NCBI GenBank assembly: GCA_010909165.1
Contig: VJWM01000019.1
Span: 930,001-994,000, forward strand
Direction of reading: 5' to 3'
DNA: 64,000 nt
DNA from: Anthoceros angustus
Taxonomy: Eukaryota > Plantae > Anthocerotophyta
Shown here in pieces: positions 50,480 through 63,743 of the stretch. The position numbers and the translations under genes were made by a program. The first letter of the stretch is position 1, and every line of letters begins with the position of its first letter. Below the pieces are notes generated by a model. That model saw nothing but the letters and a program-made list of their open reading frames with translations. It searched no databases and was not told where the DNA came from.

Positions 50480-50750
50480 TTGGCGGTGCGGGGAGGGAGA
50501 GAGAAGGGGGTCAGTTGGGAGTGGGGGATGGGACCATTTTGCAAGAGGAAGGCCATAGTCTTGCCCACGAGGTGTGCATATGCAGATGGCACCGCATGTA
50601 CCAGGTACTTGCAAAAGTTAACAAACAATGGTTAGTAGGAGAAGATGCATACCAAATGTGAATGAGGTGGAAGGGAGGTGCAGGTGAAGGTTTCATTTGA
50701 TGATATGCGTGTTCAATAATTTGTACCAGGGTTATCTACTTTTCATCTAA
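50480..50750 (-). pseudogene. Degenerate laccase last-exon fragment
   Basis: WYMRCHLHMHTSW.. resembles L4 [13 protein letters not shown] with the first His lost and a frameshift. Second copy at ~57820-58060. Confidence 0.6.
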
Positions 50751-51158
50751 CAGCCCCAGTTCGTCTAGCAGCCTCAGTTCATCCAACAACAAGGATTTGC
50801 CTGCCACGGAGATATAACCATAGAGGTAAACCTCTTGGGGTCATGGTCGAATTAAGGGAGGCAAATACAGATCCCCAGTGTAGAAGGTAACACCATGGAA
50901 ACAGGAAAGATGGCTATCAAAGAATAATTTCGGTAAAGTTGTCGTCATGCCTTTGGCAAAACGGATGGGTGCATTTCCAGAAAGAGGATGCAGGATGTCT
51001 CTGCTGTGCACAAAAATCTGAACTTCAGTACAACCGAGGTGGTTGCAAGGTATAGGTTGTAAGCACCATCCCACTATATTCCAGTTAACACTGGGGCATG
51101 AGGGGAGGTGAACCTAGAGGTTTAGCACTGGGGCAAGAGGGGAGGTGAACCTAGAGGT

Positions 51159-53644
51159 TTAGCACTTGGGCATGAAGGGAGGTGGGCCTGGGAGAGTTTC
51201 CTCAGGTCCCTTTCCATCCTTTACGATGAACGCCATAGCCATACCCCACGAGGTGTGGATCTCGAGATGGCAATGTAAGAACCAAACACCTAATGCACAC
51301 AGCACACAGATGAGAACAAATTCTAAGGCAGGCTCAGACAATTTATCTCGAATGCAAAGTTTCTTACCTGGATTGTCAGCTTTGAAACGAATGACTGTCC
51401 ATCCACCAGCAGGTACGGCGGCTGTGTTACGAAGAGGTGGATCTTTGAGGTTGAAGTTCTTGGAGTGCACTTTCTCATCAAAGGTTCCGAGTCCAGAGCC
51501 CACAATGAAAAGCTGAAGCCGTGAAGATGGAAGGGTGGCTCTCAAAGAAGAGGGAATTGGTGTTTTGAAACACAAGTTGCACATTGGCTCCAAACTTGAG
51601 AACATTCAGTCTCGTCCCTTCTCACCCAGAAGGCTAGCGGGCTGCACCGGACCAGTGAAGTTGTACTTGATCTTGGGAGTATCTGGAAAATCGGTGGTGA
51701 ACACTTTTTTCTCCCTGAAGTAGTAAGCCTGTAGCAAAGCAATCAAGTTAGAGATGCAGCCACCTGGAGGTAGGAATCAAGTTCGGAATAGAGGACAAGG
51801 AAACCACTCACCTCCAGAAGAGATCTGGTTGGGGCAACAAAAGTGATGTTGTTGATGCTGGTCCTAAGCCTGAAGTCTCCGCCTGGTGTAACTATACCGC
51901 ATCCTTCCCCAGGTTTGCACGCCTGAAGATTGTAGCCGACGGTGAATTCCTGGTGCTCGTCCAGGTTCTTGGGCACCGAGATAGGGAACTGCTTGTTGGC
52001 CAGAGACCTAATCTTGTCATCGAAATCGAGAGCAAACTGACTGTCGTTGAAGGCAGGGAACTTGGGCAACGCAGACCTTTTCTTCTTGCCATCCTTGGGC
52101 TTGGGCTTCACGTACTCCAAAATGGCAGTGGCAGGAGTGGTAGGAAGGGACGAAATTAGTTGGAGCAGGAGACCACACACTGGTGGCGATGTAATACTCC
52201 CTCCCTTCTTCTGCGAGGCCTTCAGCAAAACGTTGGTACTCTGACCGGGGTGATGATGAGAACATCCGTCGTGAATGGCTTGGTGTACTCGGCATCGGCT
52301 TCAACTACAGTGACCACGTGCCCGGCGATGCTGAAATATAGCTCAAAGTTCAAGGCCGCGTTGATAATTCGCAGAAGGTAAGTCTTCCCAGCTTCCACCT
52401 TGAACTTGGTGATCTCTGCATTCGACAAACGTCCAGAGTTTAGAGCAAACCAAAATGCAACACTTGTCCCTGGCAGCCATCACGTGGGCAGTTGAATGTA
52501 ACCTTTGGCTGAACAGTTGTACTGATCTCCAGGCTGGCCGTTAAGCGTGAGGGCATCCGAGATTCTGTATCCAGCTCCCCTTTTGATTGCATCGACTTCC
52601 ACCTCCTCAGTGTCAGGCTTCCACCATTCGCCTGCAGGATTTGACAAGAGACGCAGCCAGTACGGTGAGTTTGAGGGAAGCCACTTGTTGCAACAGCATC
52701 TTCATCTCTCTCTCTTAGGTGTCAACAGGATCAACTCGAACTGCTCACCGAAGATGAGCGTCTCTTCGGCGTAAGGCTTGGGGAAGGGGTACGGGACGCC
52801 CTTCTTTGGGTAGACGATGAAAGCGCCGTGGAGCGTGGCTCTGAGCCAGGTGATGTGAGCGTGGTACCTGCGATTTGTGCGGAAGATAGGGATTCAGCAC
52901 TGCTTCCAGGCGAGTGCAGCTGCAATCCAAGTTCGCTCGTGAAGCCGAGGATTCGAGGTTGCGTGGTTGAGGCAAACTCACCACACGGTTCCCCGCTGAC
53001 TGTGATCCACCGTGAATCGGTAGGTGAAGGAATCGCCGGGCTGGATGGGGCACATTGTCACGTACGCGGGTCCATCCTGCCAGTTTTGCAGCACCATCTT
53101 CAGACCGTGCCTGCAGACCCAGCACGATGTCATTGCCGTGTATTTGCAACCGATTTCGATCCCATTACCAATTCTGAAAGGAGGGATTCCGGGATGCAGG
53201 ATTCAGGTTGTACCAGTGGAGTGTGACATTGTGCTCCACGCGATTAGTGACTTTGATGACCACGGTGTCATCTTCCCGGATGTGGATAGCAGGTCCTGGG
53301 AACTCGTTGTTGATGGTAACGATCGTCTTGGACTCGCAGAGCCGAGTGACTTTGGTGTTCACGATCTGCAAGCGACAGAAGCCAAAGCCGAAACATTACA
53401 GCCCACAACCTGCAATGCCGCATACACCCGGCACCCCATCCAGTAGCCTGGGCCATGGTCCCTGTACGCACCTTCCAATCGTAGTAGTGCGTGATGGGCT
53501 CGCTACCCTTGCGTCCCTTGTCCAGATCGTAAGGCTTTTCGTTCTTGTACGTGATGTTGGCCGCCACCCCGGTGGCCAGGCACACCAGGGCCAGCACGAG
53601 GGCGGCGACCTGGGCCTGAGCCTGCACTGTCTGTTCCTGGCCAT
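51159..53644 (-). CDS. LAC: Laccase, multi-exon (indels in this copy)
   Basis: Signal peptide [17 protein letters not shown]|[21 protein letters not shown]4 [15 protein letters not shown], ends PPPFMPKC*. Confidence 0.88.
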
Positions 53645-53777
53645 TGCGATGGGCGCAACCCGGCAACAATAGATCGATGCCCAGGCCGCCCCGAGGTTTC
53701 ACACAGAGTCGAGACTCGGAAGCAGGCGATCGATCGCCTGATCCGAGTACTTTGCTACCACCGCCGTAGCCTGTCAG

Positions 53778-53788
53778 ATTTATACATC
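53778..53788 (-). promoter_or_regulatory. TATA box of the minus-strand laccase
   Basis: GATGTATAAAT on the minus strand ~135 bp upstream of the ATG. The same motif is conserved upstream of the plus-strand paralog. Confidence 0.6.
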
Positions 53789-56299
53789 CCGGGCCCCCGC
53801 AGAGGTCAAGGCGGGCAGCACGCGGAAGTCAACAATTCTGCTGCAAAGTGGGCACAGCCGACTGCAGGCGATGAACTGCGTGTCGGATTACGAGGCCCTC
53901 CGAATTGTCCTGGGCAGTCAACGAGATCGATTGCGCATTTGTCTTCGGTGGGCCTCCTGGAGTCCTGCCTGCTCCCAAAGATCTCTCACCTCGCTGCTGG
54001 AGTCGCCGCACAGGAATGTCTATTGGAGGCAAGCCGCAACATGGGCTCAGCGTGCAAGCCGGCCTGTCAGAATGCGGATTGACCCCGTCTTAAAAGCTTC
54101 CTCCAATGGCAAATATCTCCCGAGTGCCCGATCTTTTCCTAGAGTCTTCGCAGACCCCTCCAGGATTCAGGCCCAGAAATCTTCCATATCTATCTAGACT
54201 ACCTTTTTAGTCTATCTATCTGGCCTACACTCTGTCACTGGAACAATACAATGCGCAGCGGGGAGGTCGTCCCTAATCCTAATAAAATTCTTCTTCTTCT
54301 TCTAAACCACATTGGCAATTTGGCAGAATGCAAACTTGTACAAAAGCCCATTGGCAATTTGACAGAATGCTAACTTGTACAAAAGCCCAAGTAGCTAAGC
54401 TCCAGTAGGAGTATGATTGAGAAAGGATGCATTCCCAACCCATGAATATGTGATCCAGCACATATGATAGTTGTGCTGTGTGTTCTCAGTTGCTAGTATT
54501 TTCGTATGCAATCCTTACTTGCGTGGCAGGCGAGTGCGTCGCCTGTTCCCATTTTCCTGTGGATTCGCCCAGTTTATGGGTCGAAGCCCGAAGCCCACAG
54601 GCGGAAAAAGACGAGCAAGTGAGACGTGGTCGTCCTCCCTGAATCCTCCCCACCTTCAAAGGTGTGCAGGAATTCTGAAGCGCCAACAGGGCTGTGCTGT
54701 CCATGGCCGTCTGTGGCAGCGTTGAGGCGAGCTTGCCAATATGGAACAGCTTACCAACAGTGTAAATCCAGCATATGTATCTGGGCGATGTTTCTCGACA
54801 CAGAATGCCCCCAAGGTTTCACATGCGTTGTGGGCCGATGGTGGAAGGGCAACTTGGGCAAGGGATCAAAAACGACCCACAACCCCATGAGCATTCTACA
54901 TACCTGTGTCGTTTGCGGATTTGGAAGGAACGCTATTTATAGAAGGCATGAGCCTCATCAGCTCGGCTGGATGTACTGTATGAGGCATGTGCAACCTTGG
55001 ACAGCTCTGAGAAACCCATGTCCTACACGAAGTACATATTCCTATTGGCTCGATTCTTTTCGTATTTCAGATTATCAAGGGTGAATTGCTATGACGTGTA
55101 GAGATATCTGGTAGAGATAATTCTTTTCGCGCAGATCAGGAAGTGGTTTCTTCACATGCAGATTCTCTCTGACTTTCTAAAGCTACAGCTGCATAGTGGA
55201 ATGCACCGTGCGCAGCTGGGCATTATGCACCTAGTGACGTACGCCACCACAGCCTCCTTCCTGACGGGTCTTGAAATTCGTGAATCCTAAGCAGTTAACT
55301 TTAACATCGTGAACAAGATGGCTTTTATTATAAGAACAGGTTGCAAAAAGGCTGTCAATAACATCACACCACTGTTTCTGCTACAGATCTTGCACACCTT
55401 GGAAGTTGGAAAGTCGGAACTTGGAAGGATTCGGAGGAGAGAGGACCACAACTGCCACTTGCCCGCCTTTCTTAGCCTTCGGGCTTCGAGCCATTAAATG
55501 CAGAACAAAATCCAAAGTGAAACATGGGCGACGCAGTCAATCGCCTGCCACAAGATTACCATCACGATGTATTCAGCACACACAAGCACAAGTTTTATCA
55601 CAAGTACTGGATCTGATGGATCACCTGGTAGTGCATCCTTACCTACGATTCTCGTGGAGCCTTCCTTGCAGCTCCATCGTCTTCCGTGTACAACTTTGTT
55701 CTTTGCCGTATGCAGATGTTCTTTGATGGGGTCGGTCTTGAAAAGTCAGAGCACAAGGGCATGCGCATATGTAGGATGGTTCAGGACGGGAGCCCTGCGT
55801 CGGTGCGCCGCAGCCATAGCCCAATACTGGATACTGTTAAAAAAGTATCTGAAGACAGAGAAAAAAAGCGGTCGTGGATATGTACCGGTGCGAGATATTT
55901 GCCATTGGAGGGAAGCCTGTGCCTTGTGCGACATGGTTAACCCGAATCCGCATCTGACCAGGCCGGGGCCCGGGTTGCACGCTGAGCCCATGTTGGGACT
56001 TTCCCCGGATAGCCAAAGTGGTGTGGCAGCTCCGGCTTCCCAGCACCGAGATCTTTAAGAACAGGCTGGAGGTCTTGCGGTGAACAGGCCCCACCAAATG
56101 CAAATGCGCAATTTGCAAACGCAAACGCGCATTGGACTCTGGACTTGGATAACTAAGAATGTCCATACTGTCCGGGCCCCGGTTCATCAGCGCCTGCAGT
56201 CGCCATTGTCACGTTGCAGCACAATTATTGATCCCGCGTGTTGCCGACCTTGACCTCTGGGCATTGCAGTCCTATTATCTCTATTATCGGCAGGCCCGG

Positions 56300-56310
56300 G
56301 ATGTATAAAT
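56300..56310 (+). promoter_or_regulatory. TATA box of the plus-strand laccase
   Basis: GATGTATAAAT ~140 bp upstream of ATG 56449. Confidence 0.6.
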
Positions 56311-56448
56311 CGGAGGAGCTCCTTTTGCAGTCAGCAGCATCTCGGCTCGGCGACCTGACTTGGAGGTCAGCACTGTTAAGGACGCGATCTGGGCGGGCTC
56401 GGCTTGGATCCATCGCTGCCAGATTGCGGGCCGCATTTGCGAACCGCA

Positions 56449-57328
56449 ATGGCCAGGGAACAGACAGTGCAGGCTCAGGCCCAGGTCGCCGCTCTTGTGC
56501 TGGCCCTGTTGTGCCTCGCCACCGGGGTGGCAGCCAACATCACGTACAAGTCTGAGGAGCCTTACGATCTGGACAAGGGCCGGAAGGGCAATGAGCCCAT
56601 CACGCATTACTACGACTGGAAGGTGCGGGAGATCGACCCTGGCCCAGAATGGCTGCCATCTTCCATCTTGCTTGCTTATTATTTCGATAGCTAATGTGTG
56701 CAATTTGTGGGTTTACAACGGTGCAGATAGTGCACACAGAGGTCACTCGTCTCTGCTCGACGAAGACCATCGTCTCCATCAATGGCGAGTTTCCGGGACC
56801 TGCTATCCATATACGGGAAGATGACAGCGTGGTGATCAAAGTCACCAACCATGTGGAGCACAATGTTACACTTCACTGGTACTGCTTCCTCAGTCCTCCA
56901 TTCCGGGATTTGTCTCTGGATTTCTGTTGAGATACCAGAACAACAGAGTGTGTGGTTGTAAAGACACACAATTGGATGACGTAGTGTTGTGAAATTTACA
57001 GGCACGGGCTAAGGATGGTGCTTCAGAACTGGCAGGACGGGCCCGCGTACGTGACAATGTGCCCCATCCAGCCGGGCGACTCTTTCACCTACCGATTCAC
57101 GGTGGATCACGGACAGAGGGGAACGGTGTGGTAAGTTCGCCTCAACCACGCAAACAAGATGCTGGGTTGTGTTCGCCTATGAGCAGTGCTCAATGTGCGC
57201 AACTCCCAGGTACCACGCCCACATCACCTGGCTCAGGGCTACTCTTTACGGTGCTTTCATCGTTTATCCCAAGAAGGGCGTCTCGTACCCGTTCCCCAAG
57301 CCGCACGCCGAAGAAACGATCCTCTTTG
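56449..57328 (+). pseudogene. LAC: Laccase, exons 1-4 only, truncated at the duplication junction
   Basis: [18 protein letters not shown] | ..VTLHW | HGLRM..GTVW | [16 protein letters not shown], then the sequence enters copy 2 of the 7.3-kb unit. Confidence 0.8.
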
Positions 57329-58460
57329 GTGAGCTTCTTGAAGTTGGTGGCGATGACTTCAGCGCTAAACAATCATGTCATCATGTTTATGTCAAATGCT
57401 TACCTAGGATTGTAGCGCTAAACAATCAGGTCATCATGCGCTAAACAATCAGGTCATCATGTTTATGTCAAATGCTTACCTAGGATTGTAGCGCTAAACA
57501 ATTAGGTCATCATGTTTATGACAAATACTTACCCAGTAATTGACATCATTCCTTCTCAATCTCTCTCGATTCCTTCTCAGTCTCTCCCGATGTGTTTGCG
57601 GCTCCAGCAACAAATCCTATAGTAGCTGTCTCTCTTTAGCTAATGGCTCTCCCAAGGCCGAGCAATTTAGTGACCTAGCGAGTTCTCTCTTCAACATCTT
57701 CAATGGGTAGTCCCGGACTAATATGATTGAGGCAAGCTTGAAGAAGCACAGAGTACAAGCATGCAATTGGCGTTTAGAGTCAGGTGTCTCGATGAGATAG
57801 GATATTGGCAGAGTCGGGGAGGAGAGGGAGAGAAGGGGGTCCAGTTGGGAGTGGGGGATGGGACCATTTTGCAAGAGGAAGGCCATAGTCACGAGGTGTG
57901 CATATGCAGATGGCACCCATGTACTGCAAAGTTAACAAACAATGGTTAGTAGGAGAAGATGCATACCAAATGTGAATGAGGTGGAAGGGAGGTGCAGGTG
58001 AAGGTTTCATTTGATGATATGCGTGTTCAATAATTTGTACCAGGGTTATCTACTTTTCATCAGTTCGTCTAGCAGCCTCAGTTCATCCAACAACAAGGAT
58101 TTGCCTGCCACGGAGATATAACCATAGAGGTAAACCTCTTGGGGTCATGGTCGAATTAAGGGAGGCAAATACAGATCCCCAGTGTAGAAGGTAACACCAT
58201 GGAAACAGGAAAGATGGCTATCAAAGAATAATTTCGGTAAAGTTGTCGTCATGCCTTTGGCAAAACGGATGGGTGCATTTCCAGAAAGAGGATGCAGGAT
58301 GTCTCTGCTGTGCACAAAAATCTGAACTTCAGTACAACCGAGGTGGTTGCAAGGTATAGGTTGTAAGCACCATCCCACTATATTCCAGTTAACACTGGGG
58401 CATGAGGGAGGTGAACCTAGAGGTTTAGCACTGGGGCAAGAGGGAGGTGAACCTAGAGGT

Positions 58461-60945
58461 TTAGCACTTGGGCATGAAGGGAGGTGGGCCTGGGAGAGTT
58501 TCCTCAGGTCCCTTTCCATCCTTTACGATGAACGCCATAGCCATACCCACGAGGTGTGGATCTCGAGATGGCAATGTAAGAACCAAACACCTAATGCACA
58601 CAGCACACAGATGAGAACAAATTCTAAGGCAGGCTCAGACAATTTATCTCGAATGCAAAGTTTCTTACCTGGATTGTCAGCTTTGAAACGAATGACTGTC
58701 CATCCACCAGCAGGTACGGCGGCTGTGTTACGAAGAGGTGGATCTTTGAGGTTGAAGTTCTTGGAGTGCACTTTCTCATCAAAGGTTCCGAGTCCAGAGC
58801 CCACAATGAAAAAGCTGAAGCCGTGAAGATGGAAGGGGTGGCTCTCAAAGAAGAGGGAATTGGTGTTTTGAAACACAAGTTGCACATTGGCTCCAAACTT
58901 GAGAACATTCAGTCTCGTCCCCTTCTCACCCAGAAGGCTAGCGGGCTGCACCGGACCAGTGAAGTTGTACTTGATCTTGGGAGTATCTGGAAAATCGGTG
59001 GTGAACACTTTTTTCTCCCTGAAGTAGTAAGCCTGTAGCAAAGCAATCAAGTTAGAGATGCAGCCACCTGAGGTAGGAATCAAGTTCGGAATAGAGGACA
59101 AGGAAACCACTCACCTCCAGAAGAGATCTGGTTGGGGCAACAAAAGTGATGTTGTTGATGCTGGTCCTAAGCCTGAAGTCTCCGCCTGGTGTAACTATAC
59201 CGCATCCTTCCCCAGGTTTGCACGCCTGAAGATTGTAGCCGACGGTGAATTCCTGGTGCTCGTCCAGGTTCTTGGGCACCGAGATAGGGAACTGCTTGTT
59301 GGCCAGAGACCTAATCTTGTCATCGAAATCGAGAGCAAACTGACTGTCGTTGAAGGCAGGGAACTTGGGCAACGCAGACCTTTTCTTCTTGCCATCCTTG
59401 GGCTTGGGCTTCACGTACTCCAAAATGGCAGTGGCAGGAGTGGTAGGGAAGGGGACGAAATTAGTTGGAGCAGGAGACCACACACTGGTGGCGATGTAAT
59501 ACTCCCCTCCCTTCTTCTGCGAGGCCTTCAGCAAAACGTTGGTACTCTGACCGGGGGTGATGATGAGAACATCCGTCGTGAATGGCTTGGTGTACTCGGC
59601 ATCGGCTTCAACTACAGTGACCACGTGCCCGGCGATGCTGAAATATAGCTCAAAGTTCAAGGCCGCGTTGATAATTCGCAGAAGGTAAGTCTTCCCAGCT
59701 TCCACCTTGAACTTGGTGATCTCTGCATTCGACAAACGTCCAGAGTTTAGAGCAAACCAAAATGCAACACTTGTCCCTGGCAGCCATCACGTGGGCAGTT
59801 GAATGTAACCTTTGGCTGAACAGTTGTACTGATCTCCAGGCTGGCCGTTAAGCGTGAGGGCATCCGAGATTCTGTATCCAGCTCCCTTTGATTGCATCGA
59901 CTTCCACCTCCTCAGTGTCAGGCTTCCACCATTCGCCTGCAGGATTTGACAAGAGACGCAGCCAGTACGGTGAGTTTGAGGGAAGCCACTTGTTGCAACA
60001 GCATCTTCATCTCTCTCTTAGGTGTCAACAGGATCAACTCGAACTGCTCACCGAAGATGAGCGTCTCTTCGGCGTAAGGCTTGGGAAGGGGTACGGGACG
60101 CCCTTCTTTGGGTAGACGATGAAAGCGCCGTGGAGCGTGGCTCTGAGCCAGGTGATGTGAGCGTGGTACCTGCGATTTGTGCGGAAGATAGGATTCAGCA
60201 CTGCTTCCAGGCGAGTGCAGCTGCAATCCAAGTTCGCTCGTGAAGCCGAGGATTCGAGGTTGCGTGGTTGAGGCAAACTCACCACACGGTTCCCCGCTGA
60301 CTGTGATCCACCGTGAATCGGTAGGTGAAGGAATCGCCGGGCTGGATGGGGCACATTGTCACGTACGCGGGTCCATCCTGCCAGTTTTGCAGCACCATCT
60401 TCAGACCGTGCCTGCAGACCCAGCACGATGTCATTGCCGTGTATTTGCAACCGATTTCGATCCCATTACCAATTCTGAAAGGAGGGATTCCGGGATGCAG
60501 GATTCAGGTTGTACCAGTGGAGTGTGACATTGTGCTCCACGCGATTAGTGACTTTGATGACCACGGTGTCATCTTCCCGGATGTGGATAGCAGGTCCTGG
60601 GAACTCGTTGTTGATGGTAACGATCGTCTTGGACTCGCAGAGCCGAGTGACTTTGGTGTTCACGATCTGCAAGCGACAGAAGCCAAAGCCGAAACATTAC
60701 AGCCCACAACCTGCAATGCCGCATACACCCGGCACCCCATCCAGTAGCCTGGCCATGGTCCCTGTACGCACCTTCCAATCGTAGTAGTGCGTGATGGGCT
60801 CGCTACCCTTGCGTCCCTTGTCCAGATCGTAAGGCTTTTCGTTCTTGTACGTGATGTTGGCCGCCACCCCGGTGGCCAGGCACACCAGGGCCAGCACGAG
60901 GGCGGCGACCTGGGCCTGAGCCTGCACTGTCTGTTCCCTGGCCAT
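58461..60945 (-). CDS. LAC: Laccase, multi-exon (duplicate of 51159-53644)
   Basis: Same exons. L3 HPFHLHG and the long cupredoxin-2 exon are intact here; indels fall at other positions. Confidence 0.88.
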
Positions 60946-63743
60946 TGCGATGGGCGCAACCCGGCAACAATAGATCGATGCCCAGGCCGCCCCGAGGTTT
61001 CACACAGAGTCGAGACTCGGAAGCAGGCGATCGATCGCCTGATCCGAGTACTTTGCTACCACCGCCGTAGCCTGTCAGATTTATACATCCCGGGCTCCCG
61101 CAGAGGTCAAGGCGGGCAGCACGCGGAAGTCAACAATTCTGCTGCAAAGTGGGCACAGCCGACTGCAGGCGATGAACTGCGTGTCGGATTACGAGGCCCT
61201 CCGAATTGTCCTGGGCAGTCAACGAGATCGATTGCGCATTTGTCTTCGGTGGGCCTCCTGGAGTCCTGCCTGCTCCCAAAGATCTCTCACCTCGCTGCTG
61301 GGAGTCGCCGCACAGGAATGTCTATTGGAGGCAAGCCGCAACATGGGCTCAGCGTGCAAGCCGGCCTGTCAGAATGCGGATTGACCCCGTCTTAAAAGCT
61401 TCCCTCCAATGGCAAATATCTCCCGAGTGCCCGATCTTTTCCTAGAGTCTTCGCAGACCCCTCCAGGATTCAGGCCCAGAAATCTTCCATATCTATCTAG
61501 ACTACCTTTTTAGTCTATCTATCTGGCCTACACTCTGTCACTGGAACAATACAATGCGCAGCTGGGAGGTCGTCCCTAATCCTAATAAAATTCTTCTTCT
61601 TCTTCTAAACCACATTGGCAATTTGGCAGAATGCAAACTTGTACAAAAGCCCATTGGCAATTTGACAGAATGCTAACTTGTACAAAAGCCCAAGTAGCTA
61701 AGCTCCAGTAGGAGTATGATTGAGAAAGGATGCATTCCCAACCCATGAATATGTGATCCAGCACATATGATAGTTGTGCTGTGTGTTCTCAGTTGCTAGT
61801 ATTTTCGTATGCAATCCTTACTTGCGTGGCAGGCGAGTGCGTCGCCTGTTCCCATTTTCCTGTGGATTCGCCCAGTTTATGGGTCGAAGCCCGAAGCCCA
61901 CAGGCGGAAAAAGACGAGCAAGTGAGACGTGGTCGTCCCTCCCCCGAATCCTCCCCACCTTCAAAGGTGTGCAGGAATTCTGAAGCGCCAACAGGGCTGT
62001 GCTGTCCATGGCCGTCTGTGGCAGCGTTGAGGCGAGCTTGCCAATATGGAACAGCTTACCAACAGTGTAAATCCAGCATATGTATCTGGGCGATGTTTCT
62101 CGACACAGAATGCCCCCAAGGTTTCACATGCGTTGTGGGCCGATGGTGGAAGGGCAACTTGGGCAAGGGACTGCAAAAACGACCCACAACCCCATGAGCA
62201 TTCTACATACCTGTGTCGTTTGCGGGATTTGGAAGGAACGCTATTTATAGAAGGCATGAGCCTCATCAGCTCGGCTGGATGTACTGTATGAGGCATGTGC
62301 AACCTTGGACAGCTCTGAGAAACCCATGTCCTACACGAAGTACATATTCCTATTGGCTCGATTCTTTTTCGTATTTCAGATTATCAAGGGTGAATTGCTA
62401 TGACGTGTAGAGATATCTGGTAGAGATAATTCTTTTCGCGCAGATCAGGAAGTGGTTTCTTCACATGCAGATTCTCTCTGACTTTCTAAAGCTACAGCTG
62501 CATAGTGGAATGCACCGTGCGCAGCTGGGCATTATGCACCTAGTGACGTACGCCACCACAGCCTCCTTCCTGACGGGTCTTGAAATTCGTGAATCCTAAG
62601 CAGTTAACTTTAACATCGTGAACAAGATGGCTTTTATTATAAGAACAGGTTGCAAAAAGGCTGTCAATAACATCACACCACTGTTTCTGCTACAGATCTT
62701 GCACACCTTGGAAGTTGGAAAGTCGGAACTTGGAAGGATTCGGAGGAGAGAGGACCACAACTGCCACTTGCCCGCCTTTCTTAGCCTTCGGGCTTCGAGC
62801 CATTAAATGCAGAACAAAATCCAAAGTGAAACATGGGCGACGCAGTCAATCGCCTGCCACAAGATTACCATCACGATGTATTCAGCACACACAAGCACAA
62901 GTTTTATCACAAGTACTGGATCTGATGGATCACCTGGTAGTGCATCCTTACCTACGATTCTCGTGGAGCCTTCCTTGCAGCTCCATCGTCTTCCGTGTAC
63001 AACTTTGTTCTTTGCCGTATGCAGATGTTCTTTGATGGGGTCGGTCTTGAAAAGTCAGAGCACAAGGGCATGCGCATATGTAGGATGGTTCAGGACGGGA
63101 GCCCTGCGTCAGTGCGCCGCAGCCATAGCCAATACTGGATACTGTTAAAAAGTATCTGAAGACAGAGAAAAAGCGGTCGTGGATATGTACCGGTGCGAGA
63201 TATTTGCCATTGGAGGAAGCCTGTGCCTTGTGCGACATGGTTAACCTGAATCCGCATCTGACCAGGCCGGGGCCCAGGCACTGAGCCCATGTTGGGACTT
63301 TCCCCGGATAGCCAAAGTGGTGTGGCAGCTCCGGCTTCCCAGCACCGAGATCTTTAAGAACAGGCTGGAGGTCTTGCGGTGAACAGGCCCACCAAATGCA
63401 AATGCGCAATTTGCAAACGCAAACGCGCATTGGACTCTGGACTTGGATAACTAAGAATGTCCATACTGTCCGGGCCCCAGTTCATCAGCGCCTGCAGTCG
63501 CCATTGTCACGTTGCAGCACAATTATTGATCCCGCGTGTTGCCGACCTTGACCTCTGGGCATTGCAGTCCTATTATCTCTATTATCGGCAGGCCGGGATG
63601 TATAAATCGGAGGAGCTCCTTGCAGTCAGCAGCATCTCGGCTCGGCGACCTGACTTGGAGGTCAGCACTGTTAAGGACGCGATCTGGGCGGGCTCGGCTT
63701 GGATCCATCGCTGCCAGATTGCGGGCCGCATTTGCGAACCGCA

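Larger units (their letters stand above)
50012..57327. repeat. ~7.3-kb segmental unit, copy 1
   Basis: Sequence from GGTGAGCTTCTTGAAGTTGG (50012) recurs at 57328 and stays collinear to the window end. Confidence 0.9.

Noticed and set aside
54200-55880. Short ORFs in the laccase intergenic spacer, and antisense ORFs throughout the window
   Set aside because: No recognisable motifs; consistent with chance or shadow ORFs in GC-rich DNA.
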